A stretch of 64,000 nucleotides of DNA from an uncultured Ruminococcus sp. (GTDB lineage Bacteria > Bacillota > Clostridia > Oscillospirales > Ruminococcaceae): positions 4,963 through 68,962 of the forward strand of contig CAYZOV010000005.1 of the NCBI GenBank assembly GCA_964480525.1, given 5' to 3'. This document shows positions 9,393 through 19,326 of this stretch, one piece after another (within the stretch, counting starts at the first letter, position 1; each line of letters begins with the position of its first letter). The notes beneath the pieces were generated by a model. The model saw only the letters and a list, made by a program, of their open reading frames with translations. It was not told the origin of the DNA and did not search any database. Both the position numbers and the translations under genes were made by a program.

Positions 9393-10439
9393 TTATGTCA
9401 ATTTTTCGTGTTCTCGTCTTAACTGTCCGCAAGCAGCGTCAATATCACTTCCGAGAGTTCTGCGAATTGTAGCATTAAGTCCCAAATCGGTAAGATATTT
9501 TTGAAATGTAATTGCCGCTTTTTTGCTCGAATGAAAATTAGTTTCTTTAACTTGGTTTACAGGTATCAAATTTATATGCGCGGGCATTCCCTTTAACAGT
9601 TCTGCAAGTTCCTTTGCGTATTCCTTGCTATCATTTACGCCGTCAATAAGCGAATATTCAAAGGAAATTCTACGTCCCGTTTCATTAAAATAATCTTTGC
9701 TTGCTGTTATAAGCTGGTAAATGTCATATTTGTTGTTAATCGGCATAATTTCACTACGCTTTTGGTTGTTTGTAGCGTGAAGTGAAATTGAAAGCGTAAG
9801 ACCGAGCTTTAGTTTTGCAAGTTCATAAATCTTCGGCACTATACCGCAAGTCGAAAGGGACAAATGTCTAAGGCTCATATTGTTTCCGTCCTTTGACGAA
9901 AGAATATTCATAAACTTCAGAACATTATCGTAATTGTCAAGCGGTTCGCCGATTCCCATTAAAACAATGCTGGAAACCTTTCTGCCGGAATTTCGTTCTG
10001 TTTCGTAAATTTGAAGAAGAATTTCTGACGGCTCTAAGTTACGACAAAACTTTGCGATAGTGGACGCACAGAATTTGCACCCCATTTTGCACCCCACCTG
10101 AGTAGACACACAAATACTGTTTCCGTGGTTATATTCCATAAGCACGGTTTCAATATGGTTTCCGTCAGGTAGCTCATATAGGTATTTTACAGTATTATCA
10201 CTAGAAGATTCAAGCTTTTTTACTACAAATAGTGATTTTAAACAAAAATTTTCTTTTAATCGTTCTCTTAATTGTGAAGATAGGTTAGTCATTTGGTCAA
10301 AATCAGTAGCTCTTTTTATGTGTAGCCATTCAAAAATCTGTTTTGCACGAAATTTCTTTTCGCCCATTTCAAGAATTTTTTCTTCAAGTTCAAAAAGTTC
10401 CAAACTTAGAATATCAATTTTTTGAATATTTTCCTGCAT
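9393..10439 (-). CDS. rlmN: 23S rRNA/tRNA (adenine-C2)-methyltransferase, radical SAM
   Basis: 348 aa. CKMGCKFC radical-SAM cluster motif, GIGEPLDN, conserved position after rsmB. Confidence 0.92.
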   Translation of the reverse strand: MQENIQKIDILSLELFELEEKILEMGEKKFRAKQIFEWLHIKRATDFDQMTNLSSQLRERLKENFCLKSLFVVKKLESSSDNTVKYLYELPDGNHIETVLMEYNHGNSICVSTQVGCKMGCKFCASTIAKFCRNLEPSEILLQIYETERNSGRKVSSIVLMGIGEPLDNYDNVLKFMNILSSKDGNNMSLRHLSLSTCGIVPKIYELAKLKLGLTLSISLHATNNQKRSEIMPINNKYDIYQLITASKDYFNETGRRISFEYSLIDGVNDSKEYAKELAELLKGMPAHINLIPVNQVKETNFHSSKKAAITFQKYLTDLGLNATIRRTLGSDIDAACGQLRREHEKLT

Positions 10440-10456
10440 TTTTCACTCTCCACAAT

Positions 10457-11773
10457 TTAAACTCTTTTAAATTTCGCAATAAAGAAACCATCGCTATTAA
10501 AATAATCGGGCAAAATTGTTGCACAATTATCCGACAATTCTTTATAATTTTTATTTACGCTAACACCGATGAAGTCAGGGTGTTCCATTAGAAATTTTTC
10601 CACAACTTCTTCGTTTTCAGCTTTTGACAAAGTACAGGTTGAATACACTAAGATACCACCGCTTTTTAAATATTTAGCCGAGGTTTCCAAAATTTTATAC
10701 TGGATTTTCGGCAAATCCTTAAATTCATCAGGATTTTTATATTTAATTTCAGGCTTTCGTCTAATTACGCCAAGACCCGAACACGGAACATCGCATAAAA
10801 TTCTGTCAGCCATAGGCATTTCTTCGTTATATACGCAAGCGTCATTTTGTTTGGCATACACATTGCTAAGCCCAAGCCTGCTTGCTCCGTCATTTATTAG
10901 TTTTACACGATTTTCGTGCAAATCAAAAGCAAAAACTTTGCCTGTATTTTTCATTTTTATAGCTGTTGTAAAAGTTTTGCCACCAGGTGCAGAACAAAGG
11001 TCAAGGATAGTTTCGTTCTCCTGCGCGTCCAAAGAAAGTGACGCAAGCTGGCTTGAAATATCCTGAACATAAATAAGCCCAAGCTTGTATGCCTTAGAAT
11101 TTTCCACGGCAACACCGCCACTTATTCTGTAACAACATTCAATCTGAGTTTTTTCAACGAAAAATCCGTCGCTTTCAAGCACGTTAATTATATCGGATTC
11201 GTTCATTCTAAGCGTGTTAAATCTAACAGTCAACGGCGTTTTTCCCAAAGAAGATTTCAGCATAGAAACAGCCACATCTCTGCCGTATTCTTTATCTAGT
11301 TTTGAAATAAGCCATTGTGGACAAGAATACATAATAGACAGCTCTTCAATGTCATTTTTCCCTTTCGGAAGTTCCTTTTGGCTACGAATAAACGAACGTA
11401 AAACCCCATTTACAAATCCCGAAAGAGCAGGATTTTTGCATTTTTTCGCAAGTTTTACACTTTCATTTACCGACGCACTATCGGGAACGCTGTCCATATA
11501 CAAAAGTTGGTAAATCCCCATTCTAAGTATAATTAACACATCTGTATCTAATTTGTTTGTTTTAATTTTGGACAAATTGTTTATAACAGCGTCAAGTGTA
11601 ATTTTTCGTTCAATTACGCCGTAAAAAAGTGCCGAAACAAACCTTTTTTCCTGTGCCGACAAATTACTCTCGGTCAAAACCTTGTCAAGAATTATATTTG
11701 AGTAGGATTTATCAATTTCTATTTTTTTCAAAAGCTTTAAAACAATAGCTCTTGTATTTTTTGTGTTAGTCAT
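10457..11773 (-). CDS. rsmB: 16S rRNA (cytosine967-C5)-methyltransferase
   Basis: 438 aa. NusB-like N-terminus, DLCSAPGGKT, DVPCSGLGVIRRKPE, TCT motif. Confidence 0.92.
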   Translation of the reverse strand: MTNTKNTRAIVLKLLKKIEIDKSYSNIILDKVLTESNLSAQEKRFVSALFYGVIERKITLDAVINNLSKIKTNKLDTDVLIILRMGIYQLLYMDSVPDSASVNESVKLAKKCKNPALSGFVNGVLRSFIRSQKELPKGKNDIEELSIMYSCPQWLISKLDKEYGRDVAVSMLKSSLGKTPLTVRFNTLRMNESDIINVLESDGFFVEKTQIECCYRISGGVAVENSKAYKLGLIYVQDISSQLASLSLDAQENETILDLCSAPGGKTFTTAIKMKNTGKVFAFDLHENRVKLINDGASRLGLSNVYAKQNDACVYNEEMPMADRILCDVPCSGLGVIRRKPEIKYKNPDEFKDLPKIQYKILETSAKYLKSGGILVYSTCTLSKAENEEVVEKFLMEHPDFIGVSVNKNYKELSDNCATILPDYFNSDGFFIAKFKRV

Positions 11774-12498
11774 TAGTTTCTCCTGTTGCGACCCGAAGCA
11801 TTAAGAATAATTACAAGCAATCTTAAAATTGTAGAAAGAGTTGAAACAAGTGCCGCAACATATGTCATCGCAGCCGCCGAAAGGACTTTCTTAGCCATAG
11901 GCACCTCGTCCGAATACAAAATCCCACGCTCATTCAAGGTTTTCAATGCTCTGTTACTTGCATTAAACTCCACAGGAAGCGTCACAATTTGGAAAACTGC
12001 TACAAGACAGTATGCCAAAAGTCCAACAATAGCAATCGTAAATCCCAAAGTACCTGTTTCGGTCAAGCCTACAAAAACCAAACCAATCATAATCAAAACC
12101 ATAGAAATGCTCGAGCCGAAGTTGGTTATAGGAACAAGTGCCGAACGCACCTTTATTGGCGTATAATCCGTTGCGTGCTGAATAGCGTGACCTACCTCGT
12201 GTGCAGCAACACCAATCGCCGCAACAGACGTAGAGTTATCAACGCTGTCCGAAAGTCTGATTACCTTTGCTTTTGGGTCGTAGTGGTCGGTAAGATTCCC
12301 ACTTATATGCTCAATTTGAACGTCATAAAGACCGTTCTCGTCAAGAATTTGTCTTGCTACTTGACGTGCCGTCAGCCCTTTTCTGTTAGACATCTGACTA
12401 TATTTTTTGTAGGTAGAATTAACCTTATTTTGTGCATAAAGTGCGAAAATCATCGCAGGAATAACAATTATAAACGTCCAGTCAAAACCGTAAAACAT
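11773..12498 (-). CDS. Membrane zinc metallopeptidase (PF04298-like)
   Basis: 241 aa. HEVGHAIQH zincin motif and multiple TM segments. Stop overlaps the rsmB ATG. Confidence 0.8.
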   Translation of the reverse strand: MFYGFDWTFIIVIPAMIFALYAQNKVNSTYKKYSQMSNRKGLTARQVARQILDENGLYDVQIEHISGNLTDHYDPKAKVIRLSDSVDNSTSVAAIGVAAHEVGHAIQHATDYTPIKVRSALVPITNFGSSISMVLIMIGLVFVGLTETGTLGFTIAIVGLLAYCLVAVFQIVTLPVEFNASNRALKTLNERGILYSDEVPMAKKVLSAAAMTYVAALVSTLSTILRLLVIILNASGRNRRN

Positions 12499-12545
12499 CT
12501 ATCTCAAATCCTTTCTGTTAAGCGTGTCCATAAAATATTATGTGA

Positions 12546-13478
12546 TTACCCCAGAATTATTCCCTTTTCAACAGGTTTTCCCCTTAAATAATCGGCTGTT
12601 TTCATTCTTTTTGAACCCTCAGCCTGAATTTCCGTAAACTTAATAACGCCGTCGGAACAAGCTACGCAAAGCTGTTTTTCGTCCACAACTTCGCCATTTT
12701 GCTTGTTTGTAGGTGTGTTCGATACAATCTCTGAACGATAAATTTTAAGTCTTTTTCCGTTTAAAATTGTTGTTGCACACGGATAATCCGAAAGTCCACA
12801 AATTTGCTTGTGAATTTTTCTTACTGAATTAGAAAAATCAATATTACACAAATCCTTTGTAATCATCGGAGCATAGCTAGACAAGCTTTCGTCCTGCTTT
12901 TCAGGGGTAATTTCGCCCTTTTCAAGCCCCTCGAGAGTTTCGATTAAAAGGTCTGCACCCTTAATCGCAAGTCTGTCAAAAAGCTCCGCCGAGGTTTCGT
13001 TTTCACCGATTTCGGTACTTGCCTTCAAAAGCATATCTCCCGTGTCAAGCCCCTCGCCCATAAGCATTGTGGTAATTCCCGTTTCCTTTTCATCGTTTAA
13101 CACAGACCACTGTATAGGACCTGCACCACGGTATTTAGGCAAAAGACTTCCGTGAACATTCACACAGCCAAGGCGAGGTATTTCAAGCACCTCTTTAGGC
13201 AAAATTTTACCATACGCAACCACGACTATTACATCGGGTGCAATTTCCTTTAGCTCGTTTATATATTCATCTGCGGCTTTTTTCATACTCAAAGGCTGTA
13301 AAACCTTTGTATTGTGTGCAAGTGCTACCTCTTTTACAGGTGGGGGCATAAGTTTATAACCCCTGCCCTTTGGTTTGTCAGGCTGTGAAAAAACACAAGC
13401 CACGTCATAGCCTTTTTCGTAAAGTTTTTCAAGCGTCGGGACTGCAAAATCAGGCGTCCCCATAAAAACAACTTTCAT
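12546..13478 (-). CDS. fmt: Methionyl-tRNA formyltransferase
   Basis: 310 aa. MGTPDFAVP, NVHGSLLPKYRGAGPIQ. Confidence 0.95.
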   Translation of the reverse strand: MKVVFMGTPDFAVPTLEKLYEKGYDVACVFSQPDKPKGRGYKLMPPPVKEVALAHNTKVLQPLSMKKAADEYINELKEIAPDVIVVVAYGKILPKEVLEIPRLGCVNVHGSLLPKYRGAGPIQWSVLNDEKETGITTMLMGEGLDTGDMLLKASTEIGENETSAELFDRLAIKGADLLIETLEGLEKGEITPEKQDESLSSYAPMITKDLCNIDFSNSVRKIHKQICGLSDYPCATTILNGKRLKIYRSEIVSNTPTNKQNGEVVDEKQLCVACSDGVIKFTEIQAEGSKRMKTADYLRGKPVEKGIILG

Positions 13479-13499
13479 ATTTTAAATCCTTTTATTAAA

Positions 13500-13958
13500 T
13501 TACTGTTCAACCTGAACTCTTTCTTCGATAAGGTCAACAAAAAGCTTTCCGTCCAAGTGGTCTGTTTCGTGACAAACGGCTCTTGCAAAAAGTCCCTCGC
13601 ACTCAACCTCGTACCATTCGCCAAATCTATTTTGAGCCTTGAACTTAACCTTGTTAGGTCTTGTTACATAACCCCAATCGTTTGGACAAGAAAGACAGCC
13701 CTCTACGTCACGCTGTTTACCTGATTTTGAAATAATTTCAGGATTGATAAGCTCAAAAAAGCCCTCTTCTACGTCAATTATGCAATATCTTCTCATAATG
13801 CCAATCTGTGGTGCTGCAAGACCTACGCCGTTTGCTTTTGCAAGTGTTTCTTTCATATCGTCAAGAATAGTATGGAGTTTTTCGTCAAAGTTTTCAACAG
13901 GTCTGCATTTTTTTTTCAAAACTTCGTCGCCTTTTTTTACAATATTTCTTACTGCCAT
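13500..13958 (-). CDS. def: Peptide deformylase
   Basis: 152 aa. GVGLAAPQIG, EGCLS, HETDHLDG. Confidence 0.95.
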   Translation of the reverse strand: MAVRNIVKKGDEVLKKKCRPVENFDEKLHTILDDMKETLAKANGVGLAAPQIGIMRRYCIIDVEEGFFELINPEIISKSGKQRDVEGCLSCPNDWGYVTRPNKVKFKAQNRFGEWYEVECEGLFARAVCHETDHLDGKLFVDLIEERVQVEQ

Positions 13959-13977
13959 TTTAAAATCCTTTCTTTAA

Positions 13978-16440
13978 TTAAACAGATATATCTCCGTTAA
14001 TATCCGCAAAAACACGAACATTAGTGAAAGATTTATATTTCATACAACGGATTAACAATTCGTCAATCATTGCTCTGAAATCCTTATTATTTTTGCATTT
14101 AAGAATAATTCTGTATCTGAATCTATTGTTTACTCTGCCCACTAAATATGTTGTAGGTCCTAAAATTCTTAAAGGTATTTTTACGTCGTGTTTGATAAGA
14201 TATTTTTTTATTTCTTCAACAAAAATATTCGCCGCTTTTTTTACTTCGCTTTCGATTGGCGACGTAAAACCAATCACACACAAATCGCAAAAAGGCGGAT
14301 ACAAAAGCGCTTTTCTCATTGCAATTTCTTCTTGGAAAAAAGCTTTATAATCCTGTCTTGAAGCAAGCTCAATAACATAATGTTCAGGAACAAAAGTCTG
14401 CAAAAATGCAACACCTTTTTTCTCTGCACGACCGCTTCGCCCCACAACCTGCGTTATAAGCGAAAAAGTACGTTCGTAACTTTTATAATCTCCCATAAAC
14501 AGAATCTTGTCAAGAGAAATAACCCCCACCGTTGTAACGTTAGGAAAATCAAGTCCTTTGGCAATCATTTGAGTACCAATCATAATATCATATTTTCCCT
14601 GTGCAAAATCGTTGAAATTCTTTTCATATGAGAACTTGGAACTTGTTGTATCAGCGTCCATTCGCAATATTTTAGCTTCGGGCAACAATTTTTGAAGTTC
14701 ATCTTCGGCTTTTTGAGTACCCACACCGCTCATTTTCAGCTTATCTGAACCGCAATTATCACATTTTTTCGGCAAAGAACGTGTATAACCGCAATAATGA
14801 CACATCATTTTTCCGTTTTTCTTGTGATAAGTCAAAGTGATACTGCAATTCGGACATTCTATAGTTTTTTTACAATCTCGGCAACTGACAAACGTATGAA
14901 AACCACGTCTGTTAAGCAACAAAATTGCCTGTTCTTTGTCTTTCAGGTTTTGTTTTAATCTTTTTACAAGTGAATAACTGAAAAGTCCGCTGTCACCCTC
15001 TGTATCGTTATCCAGCATATCAACTATGCAAACAGACGGAAGATTATTCCCAGAAAATCTTTCGTTTAGTTCAAACAAACTGAAACGGTTCTTTTTGGCA
15101 AAATAATAGCTTTCAATTGACGGTGTCGCAGACCCCATCAACAAAACACAATTATTATACCCACATCTTTGAATCGCCACATCTCGCGCGTGATAACGTG
15201 GAGATTTTTCGGATTTATATGTCTGTTCGCCCTCCTCGTCCATAATAATTAAACCTAAGTTCTGACAAGGGGCAAAAACCGCACTTCTTGTACCAATAAC
15301 AATTTTAGCGTCGCCGTTTTTGATTCTTTTAAATTCGTCAACACGCTGTCCTAAAGACAAATTAGAATGGATTATGGCAACAACATCTCCGAAATACGAT
15401 TGAAATTTGTTTACCATTTGGGGCGTAAGGGCAATTTCGGGTACCATCATAATTGCAGATTTTCCGTTTTTAACAACATAATCTATAAGCTTTATAAACA
15501 CAGCTGTTTTGCCACTTCCCGTAATACCGTGAAGCAATGCTCCGGACGGTTTTTTGTTGTCTATAAGACATTTAATTCCGTCAAAAGCTTTTTGTTGCGA
15601 ATCATTTAAGATAATCGATTCGGCGTCAATTCGTTCAACGAAAAGATTTTCCGAAGCTTTTCTGAAAATCTCGTATTCGTATTCTTGCAAAACTCCGATA
15701 GAAACAAGATTTGAAACTATCGTTGGTGTTACGCCTGTTAAGTAGCATACTTCTTTTATCGAAGCTGTTTCAATTTCTTCGATAAGTTCAACAACAAGAT
15801 GTTGTTTTGGCGTAAGTTTCTTTTGAATTTCACCGTTAACATAGCTTTCCGAAAGCGCTACCATTTTAACAGTTTCGTCGCCTACTCTGCGTTTAAAGGT
15901 ATCAATAACCTCAACAACACCCTTGTCAATAAGGCTTTTAATGGCGTGTTTCTTTTCACATTTCGGGTCGTCCTCTAAAAAGGAATCGACCTTTTTAGAA
16001 GTATTATTTCGCATAAAATCGACTATTTGCTGTTCTTCGTCCGAAAGAGGTTCGGTTATTTCAGCATTTACAAGAGAATAACGCAATTTGTGAGTATACG
16101 AAAATCCGCTGGGTACAATGGTTTTATACGCTTCGTAAAAAGTACAAAATGTATTTTCTTTAAGCCAAAAAACCAAACGCATAAGTTCGTCATTAACCAA
16201 AGTTTGGTCGTCCACAACCTGCAAAATCGACTTTAAATCAGGATTATATGTATCTTGCTGATACATTCTCGTTATGAATCCGATACGTCTGCGATTTCCT
16301 TTTCCAAACGGAACCAACACTCTTGTTCCGTTTTGTAAACACTCCTGCATTTGTTGTGAAACAGCATAACTGTACTCAACATCATAACTGTACGAGGCGT
16401 TGCTAAGTGCAACTTTAGCTATTAAAAACACACCTTGCAA
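13978..16440 (-). CDS. priA: Primosomal replication-restart helicase PriA
   Basis: About 820 aa. GITGSGKT Walker A, DEEGE box, Cys-rich zinc-binding insert (CRDC..CPNC..CHYCG). Start uncertain; I chose the TTG 8 nt after GGAGG. Confidence 0.9.
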   Translation of the reverse strand: MQGVFLIAKVALSNASYSYDVEYSYAVSQQMQECLQNGTRVLVPFGKGNRRRIGFITRMYQQDTYNPDLKSILQVVDDQTLVNDELMRLVFWLKENTFCTFYEAYKTIVPSGFSYTHKLRYSLVNAEITEPLSDEEQQIVDFMRNNTSKKVDSFLEDDPKCEKKHAIKSLIDKGVVEVIDTFKRRVGDETVKMVALSESYVNGEIQKKLTPKQHLVVELIEEIETASIKEVCYLTGVTPTIVSNLVSIGVLQEYEYEIFRKASENLFVERIDAESIILNDSQQKAFDGIKCLIDNKKPSGALLHGITGSGKTAVFIKLIDYVVKNGKSAIMMVPEIALTPQMVNKFQSYFGDVVAIIHSNLSLGQRVDEFKRIKNGDAKIVIGTRSAVFAPCQNLGLIIMDEEGEQTYKSEKSPRYHARDVAIQRCGYNNCVLLMGSATPSIESYYFAKKNRFSLFELNERFSGNNLPSVCIVDMLDNDTEGDSGLFSYSLVKRLKQNLKDKEQAILLLNRRGFHTFVSCRDCKKTIECPNCSITLTYHKKNGKMMCHYCGYTRSLPKKCDNCGSDKLKMSGVGTQKAEDELQKLLPEAKILRMDADTTSSKFSYEKNFNDFAQGKYDIMIGTQMIAKGLDFPNVTTVGVISLDKILFMGDYKSYERTFSLITQVVGRSGRAEKKGVAFLQTFVPEHYVIELASRQDYKAFFQEEIAMRKALLYPPFCDLCVIGFTSPIESEVKKAANIFVEEIKKYLIKHDVKIPLRILGPTTYLVGRVNNRFRYRIILKCKNNKDFRAMIDELLIRCMKYKSFTNVRVFADINGDISV

Positions 16441-16473
16441 CCTGCACACCTCCGCATAAAAAATGATTATCTC

Positions 16474-16686
16474 TTAATTTTTATTTCTGATTCTTTCGTC
16501 CTCAATAAGCTTATAATCGCCTTTTGCAAATTCAGCCACAGCCATTTTAACAGGCTTTTCGTCAAGGATAATATTTTCTTCAAGAGCGTTTTCTGAAATT
16601 TCTCTTGCTCTTTTAGCTACTGCGATAACAAGTGAGTAGTAGCTTTCGTTGTTTTTCAAAATCTGGTTTACTGCCGGTCTAAGCAT
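16474..16686 (-). CDS. rpoZ: DNA-directed RNA polymerase subunit omega
   Basis: 70 aa from [11 protein letters not shown].., with YSLVIAVAKRAREI. ATG overlaps the gmk stop by 8 nt. Confidence 0.85.
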   Translation of the reverse strand: MLRPAVNQILKNNESYYSLVIAVAKRAREISENALEENIILDEKPVKMAVAEFAKGDYKLIEDERIRNKN

Positions 16687-17287
16687 TTTTAAGCACCTCA
16701 TCAATAATATTATTTTTGTTTTTTTCAAGCTTCGCTACATCCATAATTGAGATAAAGCCCTCAATCGCTTCGCTAAGCTCATCATTCATCATTACATAAT
16801 CATAATCGTAAGCCTTTTTAATTTCGCCAACTGCCTCGCTGACACGCTTTTCGATTACGTCCTCTGTTTCCGTTCCACGCTTATTAAGACGGCGTTTAAG
16901 CTCCTTAACAGACGGTGGAAGAATAAAAATCAATTTCGCCTCGGGCATACGCTCCTTAACAAGCATAGCGCCCTTTGTTTCAATTTCCAAAATCACGTCA
17001 AATCCTGCATTGAGTTTATCCTCAACAGCACTTTTCGGTGTTCCGTAAAAATTTCCGCAAAACTCGGCATATTCAAGCATTTGACCGTTTTCGACAAGTT
17101 TTTTAAATTCGTCTTTAGTCATAAAGAAATAATTTACTCCGTCAACTTCGCCCTCTCGTGGAAGTCGTGTTGTAGCCGAAACAGAGTAAAAAACATTTTT
17201 GTTTCGTTTAAAAACCTCAGCAAGAATAGTTCCTTTGCCGCAACCTGACGGTGCAGAAACTACATAAAGCATACCTTTTTTATTCAT
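16679..17287 (-). CDS. gmk: Guanylate kinase
   Basis: [11 protein letters not shown]-loop and [11 protein letters not shown]. Start at [10 protein letters not shown] overlaps the remA stop; an alternative ATG lies 15 nt downstream. Confidence 0.92.
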   Translation of the reverse strand: MNKKGMLYVVSAPSGCGKGTILAEVFKRNKNVFYSVSATTRLPREGEVDGVNYFFMTKDEFKKLVENGQMLEYAEFCGNFYGTPKSAVEDKLNAGFDVILEIETKGAMLVKERMPEAKLIFILPPSVKELKRRLNKRGTETEDVIEKRVSEAVGEIKKAYDYDYVMMNDELSEAIEGFISIMDVAKLEKNKNNIIDEVLKNA

Positions 17288-17537
17288 CTTCTTCGTCCTC
17301 GTCAATATCATCTAGTCTGCCGGCAACAGTTTCGGGCTGAACAGCAGAGAGTATAACGTGGTCGCTGTCCATAACTATAACAGCTCTGGTTCTTCGTCCG
17401 TATGTTGCGTCAATAAGAGTACCCTTGTCCTTTGCCTCCTGAATAATTCTCTTAATCGGTGCAGATTCAGGACTGACGATAGCAATAAGTCTTGCTGACG
17501 AAATCATATTGCCGAAGCCTATGTTAATAAGTTGCAT
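17280..17537 (-). CDS. remA: RemA/YlzA (DUF370) biofilm/extracellular-matrix regulator
   Basis: 85 aa. [10 protein letters not shown]...SPESAPIKR...[10 protein letters not shown]...[11 protein letters not shown], near-identical in pattern to B. subtilis RemA. AAGGAG lies 8 nt upstream. Confidence 0.9.
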   Translation of the reverse strand: MQLINIGFGNMISSARLIAIVSPESAPIKRIIQEAKDKGTLIDATYGRRTRAVIVMDSDHVILSAVQPETVAGRLDDIDEDEEDE

Positions 17538-17549
17538 TGCAAACACTCC

Positions 17550-18428
17550 TTATTCAATATTTTGAATTTGTTCTCTGATTTTTTCAATTTCGGATTTCAG
17601 ATTTACCACCATTTGAGTAATAGTCAAGTCCTGACATTTAGACCCTGTTGTGTTAACCTCTCTATTCATTTCCTGAACGATAAAATCAAGCTTTTTGCCC
17701 ACGGGTTCATCTGTTTCGATAAGCTTTCTGAACTGAGAAATGTGACTTCTTAAACGCACGGTTTCCTCGTCCACAGCGGTTTTTTCAGAAAAAATAGCAG
17801 CCTCAGTAATAATTCTTGCTTCGTCGATATTTTTATCCTCCAAAACAGCCTTTAGTTTGCTTGTAAGACGTTCACGATAGCTTTCGGTCACCATCGGTGA
17901 ACGCTCCTCAATTTCGCCGACAACCTTTTCGATAAAATCAAGTTTTGACGAAACGTCCTCTTTCATCTTTTCGCCCTCGGTCTGGCGCATTGAAACAAAC
18001 TTGTCAAGTGCGACTTCGGCAACCTCTTTAACAGCGTTCCAAATTTCCTCCTCGTCCTCCGTAACTTTCTTTACGGTGAAAACATCAGGAAATCTCATAA
18101 TCTGCGTAAGGGTAATGTCGTCTTTGAGGTTAAGCTCCTTGTTAGCCTCTCTTAAAGCGTTTATGTAGCCGTTTGCAATAATAGGGTTTACCTCAATGCA
18201 AGCGTCTGCACCCTCTTGGTTAAAAATAGAAACCGCCACTTCGACTTTGCCCCGTGAAATTTTGCCGTTAAGAAAGCTTTTCAGCTTTTCCTCTAGATAG
18301 CCGTAGGCTCTTGGCAATCTTGCGTTAAACTCATAATATCTGTGATTTACAGAGCGAATTTCCACAAGTATTTCACGATTGCCAACAAGACGTTGTTCAC
18401 GTCCGTATCCGGTCATACTTTTTAGCAT
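17550..18428 (-). CDS. yicC: YicC-family stress-induced protein (putative endoribonuclease)
   Basis: 292 aa. MLKSMTGYGR N-terminus, C-terminal DUF1732-like EMNREVNT motif. Confidence 0.88.
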   Translation of the reverse strand: MLKSMTGYGREQRLVGNREILVEIRSVNHRYYEFNARLPRAYGYLEEKLKSFLNGKISRGKVEVAVSIFNQEGADACIEVNPIIANGYINALREANKELNLKDDITLTQIMRFPDVFTVKKVTEDEEEIWNAVKEVAEVALDKFVSMRQTEGEKMKEDVSSKLDFIEKVVGEIEERSPMVTESYRERLTSKLKAVLEDKNIDEARIITEAAIFSEKTAVDEETVRLRSHISQFRKLIETDEPVGKKLDFIVQEMNREVNTTGSKCQDLTITQMVVNLKSEIEKIREQIQNIE

Positions 18429-18508
18429 AAATTTTTCTCTTCCCTTTTTTAAAAACTTATCGGAAACCTTTGTCTATTATCCAACACACTTTTCCAATAT
18501 ATCATCTT

Positions 18509-18537
18509 ATTATAACACTTTTACGTTATAATAGCAA
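18509..18537 (-). promoter_or_regulatory. Promoter of the yicC-remA-gmk-rpoZ-priA... block
   Basis: TTGCTA, 17 nt, TGtTATAAT extended -10. Confidence 0.5.
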
Positions 18538-18606
18538 GCAAATTTAATACAATATTTATTTTTATTTTACATACATTTAATATTGTTAAACTCAAATAAC
18601 GCTCAT

Positions 18607-19260
18607 TTATAACATCTTCAAAATTTCGGCAATAAGATTTGCACAATTATCTTTAAGCATGACATAATCGTACTTTTTGAAAACGTCTGCCGTGGTACTT
18701 CCCGTTAAAACTCCGCCAAAAGCCACACCTGCATTTTCAGCAGTTTCAGCGTCAACAAAGCTATCTCCCACATACAACGTGTTTTCTTTTTTCGAGTTTA
18801 AACGCTCGATACAAAGCTCAAGACCGCTTGGGTCAGGTTTGTGTACTTTAACATCTTCACCGCCTATAATTACATCAACACACGGTGTATCTATTTCTTT
18901 TTTAAAGCTATCCTCAATACGATATCTATACTTTGTGGAAACAATACCGATTTTAAAACCATTTTCTTTAAGCTTTTTTAAACCGTCAATTACGCCGTCA
19001 TAAAACACAGTAAATTTTACCATTATTTCGTCGGCTTTTTTTACATAAACCTTTCTCATTTGTGCAAGTTTTTCATCATCTGTAACACCGCAAAGTACCG
19101 TAAAAGCCTGTTCTAAAGTCAAACCGATTGTGTTATAAATCGAAGTATCGTCGGGGATTTCAAAGCCGAAATTTGAAATTGTATGTTTAAAACACCTCAA
19201 AATTCCTTTTGAAGAATCCGCAAGCGTCAAATCAAAATCGAAAATAATCGTATCAAACAT
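18607..19260 (-). CDS. HAD-superfamily phosphatase (phosphoglycolate-phosphatase-like)
   Basis: 217 aa from MFDTIIFDFDLTLADS (DxDxT), with VSTK and K...GDSFVD motifs. GGAGG RBS supports the internal start. Confidence 0.8.
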   Translation of the reverse strand: MFDTIIFDFDLTLADSSKGILRCFKHTISNFGFEIPDDTSIYNTIGLTLEQAFTVLCGVTDDEKLAQMRKVYVKKADEIMVKFTVFYDGVIDGLKKLKENGFKIGIVSTKYRYRIEDSFKKEIDTPCVDVIIGGEDVKVHKPDPSGLELCIERLNSKKENTLYVGDSFVDAETAENAGVAFGGVLTGSTTADVFKKYDYVMLKDNCANLIAEILKML

Positions 19261-19326
19261 TTTTACCTCCGTAAACAAACAATTTGCCACGCTGAAAAAA
19301 CGTGGCAAAAGTATTTTTGTATATTG

